Source: Candidatus Latescibacterota bacterium (GTDB lineage: Bacteria > Latescibacterota > UBA2968 > GCA-2709665). Taken from it: a stretch of 64,000 nucleotides of DNA. Within the stretch, counting starts at the first letter, position 1, and each line of letters starts with the position of its first letter. A program made the translations under genes and the position numbers. Under the pieces are notes generated by a model. The model did not search any database. It was not told the DNA's origin and saw only the letters and a list, made by a program, of their open reading frames with translations. Below are positions 58,849-64,000 of the stretch, piece by piece. The stretch covers positions 992,001-1,056,000 of the forward strand of contig OZ252100.1 in the NCBI GenBank assembly GCA_965248435.1, written 5' to 3'.

Positions 58849-59529
58849 TCAGACCTTCCCTCGAGAAGGACAATGCCGGCCGATCTGGCAGGCCTCACAG
58901 TTCGGTGACCGCGCCTTACAGGTCGCCCTACCGTGGAGAATCAAGAGGTGTGAAAAGACGGCCCAGCTTCTCCTGGGCACCAGCTCCACAAGATCCCGCT
59001 CAACCTTGAGCGGATCCTTATGCTCGGTCAGTCCCAACCTCCGGGATATCCGACCGACGTGCGTATCTACTACGACTCCCTCCTGCAGGCCGAAGGCATT
59101 TCCCAGGACCACATTGGCCGTCTTTCTACCCACGCCGGACAGCCCGGTTAGATCCTTCATGGTCTTAGGAACTTCCCCGTCGTATTCCTCTGCTAGGGAC
59201 CGGCAACACGCCTTGATGGCCTTCGCCTTGTTGCGGAAGAATCCGGTCGTCCTGATCCGGTCCTCGAGATCCTCTAGAGGCGCGTCGGCGAAGTCGAAAG
59301 CATTCTGATAGGTTCGAAACAAACCCGGAGTAACCTTGTTCACGCGTTCGTCGGTGCACTGCGCAGACAAGATGGTCGCGACGAGAAGCTCAAGTGGATT
59401 CGAATGGCTTAGTGAGACCATTGCATCGGGAAAAACCTTCTTCAGCCGCGTGATAATCTTTCGCGTGCGCGACGCCTTCTTCTGCCCGTTCTCCTCTAAA
59501 TGGTCGTCCTCCAATTTCGCCTTCCTCAT
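58849..59529 (-). CDS. nth: Endonuclease III
   Basis: LVATILSAQCTDERVN, GVGRKTANVV, VDTHV, CKARSPNCEAC. Confidence 0.95.
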   Translation of the reverse strand: MRKAKLEDDHLEENGQKKASRTRKIITRLKKVFPDAMVSLSHSNPLELLVATILSAQCTDERVNKVTPGLFRTYQNAFDFADAPLEDLEDRIRTTGFFRNKAKAIKACCRSLAEEYDGEVPKTMKDLTGLSGVGRKTANVVLGNAFGLQEGVVVDTHVGRISRRLGLTEHKDPLKVERDLVELVPRRSWAVFSHLLILHGRATCKARSPNCEACQIGRHCPSRGKV

Positions 59530-59537
59530 TCCTTCTC

Positions 59538-60266
59538 CTACCCGTTCCTGAGTCCTTTTCCTTCCGCGCTCTTTACGAGCCAGTCGAAGATCCGATCCCA
59601 TTCGCTCCCCTGCATTCTCTCGGGATGGAATTGCACACCGAGAAACAATCCGTCTTCCGATTCCACACCCTCGATGACCCCGTCAGGACTCCGCGCATTG
59701 ACCCGCAACCCTCTTCCGGGGCGCTCCACCGCCTGAATGTGTCTGCTGTTGACTGGGTCTGAACTGCGTCCACTGCTAAAGATCTTCTCAAGACGGGAGC
59801 CCGCTTCCAGGGAGACCTCGTGCCAGACCTCACACCCCTTGTTACGCGAGGGCGAATGCGGCCCGATTTCGAGCTGGCGCTGAACGTCCCCATACAGGGT
59901 CCCTCCGAATTTGGCATTGACGAACTGCATGCCGTAGCAAATCCCCAGTACTGGAATCCGCCTTTGGTACGAGATCTCAAATGCCTTCCTGTCGGACTCT
60001 ACTCTTTTCGATTCGGCTGGGGGCAGGTCGGGGGGAAGTTCGCCGATCAATCCTTCAGTGATCCCTGGACCGCCCGGTATGATCAGACCGTCCAGAACAG
60101 ACAAACACGACGTCAGCGACTCAGGGTTCGCCGCCATCGGAAGAATCACCGGCGCCCCTCCAGAATGCTCCACCGCTTCCACGTATCTGGAGTCGATGAC
60201 CTGCCTCGAATCGTTGTTTGAACTCGATTCGAGACTGGTTGTGATCCCGATAATCGGTCGAGCCAT
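59538..60266 (-). CDS. Class I glutamine amidotransferase, peptidase C26 family
   Basis: LGICYGMQ, VNSRHIQ, GVQFHPE. Confidence 0.92.
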   Translation of the reverse strand: MARPIIGITTSLESSSNNDSRQVIDSRYVEAVEHSGGAPVILPMAANPESLTSCLSVLDGLIIPGGPGITEGLIGELPPDLPPAESKRVESDRKAFEISYQRRIPVLGICYGMQFVNAKFGGTLYGDVQRQLEIGPHSPSRNKGCEVWHEVSLEAGSRLEKIFSSGRSSDPVNSRHIQAVERPGRGLRVNARSPDGVIEGVESEDGLFLGVQFHPERMQGSEWDRIFDWLVKSAEGKGLRNG

Positions 60267-60290
60267 AGGATGCGATCTTCAATGAGGTTG

Positions 60291-61280
60291 TTATCTAGCC
60301 AGGGGACTTTTTGCCTTCAGATGCTCCAGCGCCTCGGGGTTGAGAACGTATGCGGGTTCACGCCCCTCCAGCGCGTCGGTGACCTGACCCATCGTCCGCA
60401 TGTCCAACCGAATGGCCGACTCCCTCGTGCACCCCGCATTGTGGTTTGTGCAGATAATTCGCGGATGGTCCTTGTGAACCTCGCGTGGGCCGTTTACAGG
60501 ATCGTCGACCACATAGTAAAAGAGCCGATCCTCCCTGATGGCCCTGTTCGCAGCCTCGTCATCCACCAGGTTGCCTCTCGATGGATTGATTAACGAAGCG
60601 TGAGGTTTCATGCAACAAAGGTGATCATACGTGACAACCGTTTCATCCCCGGCCACGTGTAGAGAGACCGTATCGCACGTTTCGAAGAGGTGCTCAGGAT
60701 TGTCAACCGCTTCCGCCCCGAATTCTCGCGCCAATTCCTGGATGTCGGGCCGGATGTCATAGACGAGCAGTCTACCCTCTTCGCCGAGGAGCGGTTTTGC
60801 CCGTTGGGCCACGGCCTGTCCGATTCTTCCGAACCCATACAGGCCAAGTGTAGACCCCTTTGCCTCGAACGTTCGAATGATCGAAAAGTCGCCTTCGTGT
60901 GAGAGCCGGTTGAGCGTGAAGAGTCTCTTAAGCGTAGCCATCCACTGAGCGATCGTGTATTCCGCAACCGTGTCTAGATGTTCCGGGGCCACTGTGACGA
61001 TCACTCCGTGCTGAGTTGCAAGATCCAGATTCACTTTCTCGTATCCTACGCCCCACCTCGCAACGATCCTCAGGTCTTTGGCCGCATCGTAAAAGCTTTC
61101 GTGAATCCAGGCGGAGTTCGCAATCACCCCGATTACGCCCTCCGCGTCCTCGCCTGAAAGTTCTCTGTTGTAATGCACCAGCTCACCGAACTCAGACAGT
61201 TCATCGAGTCCCCTTCTGCGAGCATTAGAATCGAACTCGGAATTTTGAAAGATGGGGCTCAACAAAATTTTGTGCGACAT
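60291..61280 (-). CDS. D-isomer-specific 2-hydroxyacid dehydrogenase family protein
   Basis: ARWGVGY, VAEY, GFGRIG, INPSRGNLVD, NHNAG. Confidence 0.9.
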   Translation of the reverse strand: MSHKILLSPIFQNSEFDSNARRRGLDELSEFGELVHYNRELSGEDAEGVIGVIANSAWIHESFYDAAKDLRIVARWGVGYEKVNLDLATQHGVIVTVAPEHLDTVAEYTIAQWMATLKRLFTLNRLSHEGDFSIIRTFEAKGSTLGLYGFGRIGQAVAQRAKPLLGEEGRLLVYDIRPDIQELAREFGAEAVDNPEHLFETCDTVSLHVAGDETVVTYDHLCCMKPHASLINPSRGNLVDDEAANRAIREDRLFYYVVDDPVNGPREVHKDHPRIICTNHNAGCTRESAIRLDMRTMGQVTDALEGREPAYVLNPEALEHLKAKSPLAR

Positions 61281-61297
61281 CGTTCCCCCTAAATGCC

Positions 61298-62023
61298 TTA
61301 GTGATCTTCCCAGTCCATGGTCTCGAGATGGCTTCGCAGGTCTCCTGCCGTCCTAAACTTGCTGGCGATGAGGGACCTTTCCAGCCCGCAGCAGATCTGC
61401 TTGACCTGAGGAGGATGTTTCGAGTAGAGCCGAGCGCCGCCTAAAGCGTCATAGAAGATCCGAATGAGATCAAAGACATCCTCACGAATGCTCTTTGCGT
61501 CCGCGGTGCCCCAGTTGAACATGTCTACCAGTTGACATCGAACGAGATACCGCGTCTCCGGATAATCACGTTTTCGTTGTGCGGGTCCCCGTGGTATTCG
61601 CGAGCGTGGTGAATAGGCTCCACTCCCTTTGCCAGGGCATAAAGAAGGTGAAGGCCCTCGAAGGGCATGAGGCGTTTCCCTGGCTGGCGCGACAGGAAGC
61701 TGGAAAGGAGCTCGCCCTCGACGTACTCCGACACCAGAAAGGTGACCGGGTCCTGTGATAAACGATCCGGTCCTGAGTATGATATTGAATCAGGATCGGG
61801 CAGTGACGAAGCTTGTGGAGCTTTCGAGCATAAAACTTCGTCGCCCGGTTGCCGGGATTCCGGTGAGGTAAAAGAACTTTGCGGCTCGCTCGACACCCGT
61901 GCTCATCTCCCGAACCCGATAGACCTCGCCTTCCCATCCGCTCCCCAGGAGAGAAAGCACCTCATACTTGTCCGCGAATACCTCGCCCGGTTCAAAATCG
62001 AAGCCTTCGATCCTATGATTCAT
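61298..62023 (-). pseudogene. Ser/Thr protein kinase-like gene split by three frameshifts
   Basis: LGSGWEGEVY..AAKFFY | PHRNPGNR..KLRHCPILIQY | FLVSEYVEG..YHGDPHNENV | MFNWG segments lie in successive frames. Confidence 0.8.
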
Positions 62024-62070
62024 CTTCTCCGTGCCCGAGAAGCTTCACGAAATGCCGTCAACTGCGCCCC

Positions 62071-62595
62071 TCAGACCTGTTTGACATCCTCTTGGAACAC
62101 GCCGACTTCATCCAGCAGGCGACTGTTTTTCGCGATAAACATGGGCGTTTTGATGAGCGCCACCAGGTTGATGCCCAGACCCGCAATGGAAGCGATCTCG
62201 TGCGAGATCGAAAGCACCGACCGGCCTGCATCGGCTTGTGCAACAATCAGATCTGCATGCGCTCCTCCGCCAAGAATCGCGGCGAGCATCGCAGCTAGAA
62301 TCCCAAAAGTAAGCCACGTGAAGAAGGCACTCTTGAACCCTCGAGCACGAACCAGGAATTCTGGATCAAGATCCCGCTCCCGAACCTCGGATTTAATTAC
62401 CGCGCCCGTCCCCAGGAAATAGAACATCGTCGTCGTGTGCGTCAAGATCGTCAAGATCGCGGTGGCCAGCCCCAATCGCACGTGAGTTCCCACATCGAAA
62501 ACAGCCAATCCGAATCGGAGGGAATACCCCATTCCGAATGTAGCCAGCAGCAGCACGAGCGACACGGTGCCCATCGCCAAAATTGCGGCCTGCAT
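62071..62595 (-). CDS. Hypothetical membrane protein (about 4 TM, His in helices)
   Basis: Hydrophobic helices; start trimmed to MQAAIL. Confidence 0.7.
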   Translation of the reverse strand: MQAAILAMGTVSLVLLLATFGMGYSLRFGLAVFDVGTHVRLGLATAILTILTHTTTMFYFLGTGAVIKSEVRERDLDPEFLVRARGFKSAFFTWLTFGILAAMLAAILGGGAHADLIVAQADAGRSVLSISHEIASIAGLGINLVALIKTPMFIAKNSRLLDEVGVFQEDVKQV

Positions 62596-62898
62596 CGTCG
62601 TCGCTCTTACCCCACCCGAATCCTTGTCTGCAGTCGGCTTGTCTTCCACGAGAACCCACTCTATAATTAACTCTTGATCTGCCAGGATCATCCCAAATCC
62701 GGATGAATATAATCGATCGCGACACCCGGGCAAGCGGCTATCTCGTTCGTGGCACGCCACTTCACGTGACGATGCGATTCTGATCCGCAAAAGACCTGCA
62801 AAACGAGCATCCACGAATCCTTCCAAGAATCATAAGCACAGCTTATGATTCAGGATTCGTCGGGAATTATCGACTTGCTCGATTGGGCTTAATATCTT

Positions 62899-63429
62899 AT
62901 GTTTATTGCTGATACAGAGAGTTTAGTTCCGTTGAGTTTCGCATTGATATGGAGCAAGTCTATGGGGTTAGAACAAGACCTGCAAGCCGAGACCGTCGGC
63001 CACTTGGATCTCTCCCCACACCTTTTCGTTGAGGGCGAGGCACAGGTTAAAGACGTCTTGGCGCGGATGCGAGAAGACAAGCGGAACTGCGTGATGGTCA
63101 TGAAACAAGACCGACTGATCGGGATCTTTACTGAACGCGATGTACTCACAAAGGTAGTCGATCAACCAGAGGTTTGGAACCGGCCAATTCATGAAGTCAT
63201 GACGCCCGCGCCGCAGACTGTCGGGAAGGATGACGAGGTACATCGGGCAACCAACATGATGAACGAAGGCCACTTCCGGAACATACCGGTCGTGGACAGC
63301 GAAGAGAATGTCGTGGGAAACCTGACCCACTACGCAATCATCAAGTTTCTGTGTGATCGATTTCCACAGGAGATCTACAACCTGCCGCCCGAACCGGATC
63401 AAACTGCTACGGCGCGCGACGGGGCTTAG
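62899..63429 (+). CDS. CBS domain protein
   Basis: GIFTERD, VMTPAP, FRNIPVVD; true start is probably ATG 62962. Confidence 0.9.
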   Translation: MFIADTESLVPLSFALIWSKSMGLEQDLQAETVGHLDLSPHLFVEGEAQVKDVLARMREDKRNCVMVMKQDRLIGIFTERDVLTKVVDQPEVWNRPIHEVMTPAPQTVGKDDEVHRATNMMNEGHFRNIPVVDSEENVVGNLTHYAIIKFLCDRFPQEIYNLPPEPDQTATARDGA

Positions 63430-63468
63430 TTATCCGCTTAGTATTCTAATGCCAGGAGGTTTAGACGA

Positions 63469-64000
63469 ATGGCCGACCCAACGGCCCGATCGGCGAATCA
63501 CCTGAAGGAGTTGCTTGAGGTCGAATCCATCACCGTCCGATTTGCTGGAGACTCCGGTGACGGGAGTCAGTTGATCGGGGGTGAGTTTGCGAACACCTCC
63601 GCTGTAGTCGGCAACGACATCAGCACGCTTCCTGACTTCCCCGCCGAGATTCGTGCCCCTGCCGGCACCCTTCCCGGAGTGAGCGGGTTTCAGGTGCGGA
63701 TCGCCAGTGAAGATATCCACACACCCGGCGATGAACCTCAGGTATTGGTAGCGATGAATCCGGCGGCGCTCCGAGTCAACATAAATGATATCCCTCACGG
63801 GGGCATCGTGATTGTCAACAAGGAGAATTTCAACAAGAACAACCTGCGCAAGGCTGGATACAAAACCAATCCTCTCGAGGACGATTCCCTCAAAAGCTAT
63901 CGGGTCTGCGAAGTTCCGCTCACGAGTTTGCACAAGAACGCACTCGAAGGAATCGAAGGGTTGTCGAACCGTCAGATCGATATGATGAAGAACATGTTTG
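63469..64000 (+). CDS. 2-oxoacid:acceptor oxidoreductase alpha subunit, 3' end off the window
   Basis: Manual translation: VRFAGDSGDGSQL, PAEIRAPAGT..GVSGFQ, TPGD..LVAMNPAAL; AGGAGG RBS. Confidence 0.93.
   Translation, partial: MADPTARSANHLKELLEVESITVRFAGDSGDGSQLIGGEFANTSAVVGNDISTLPDFPAEIRAPAGTLPGVSGFQVRIASEDIHTPGDEPQVLVAMNPAALRVNINDIPHGGIVIVNKENFNKNNLRKAGYKTNPLEDDSLKSYRVCEVPLTSLHKNALEGIEGLSNRQIDMMKNMF

Noticed and set aside
63430-63933. 167-aa minus-strand ORF
   Set aside because: Antisense to the oxidoreductase alpha-subunit gene.

Overview
The window has two parts, joined at about 40085. Positions 1 to ~40085 look accessory: visibly lower GC, with almost every gene on the minus strand. 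Within it, 1-14.8 kb is a run of 21 tightly packed, co-directional, cassette-type genes (7 GNATs, 4 SAM methyltransferases, aminopeptidase, VOC, RidA, SDR, sulfotransferase, prs and others). That run sits behind a structured RNA element and a terminator. Next come a TlpA gene and a serine recombinase with four 25-bp palindromes upstream. The 19-40 kb stretch is a mosaic of orphan, secreted and defence-like genes (dCache sensor, PHP hydrolase, a four-gene operon with a paralogue pair, three HEPN-like proteins, a SLATT-like/HhH pair) plus gene remnants. It also holds two repeated non-coding elements: a promoter-leader-terminator unit with compensatory changes, and a ~200-bp direct repeat. The region ends at a radC gene truncated just before its catalytic JAB motif. 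Positions ~40.1-64 kb are GC-richer and look like core chromosome: histidine kinases, LOG, GT2-radical SAM-GT2, K+ channel, DmpA, SSS symporter, larB, two endonuclease III homologues, DksA/TraR, a frameshifted kinase, a CBS protein and the start of a 2-oxoacid oxidoreductase alpha subunit. I saw no rRNA, tRNA or CRISPR array. All calls come from manual motif reading; no searches were run.
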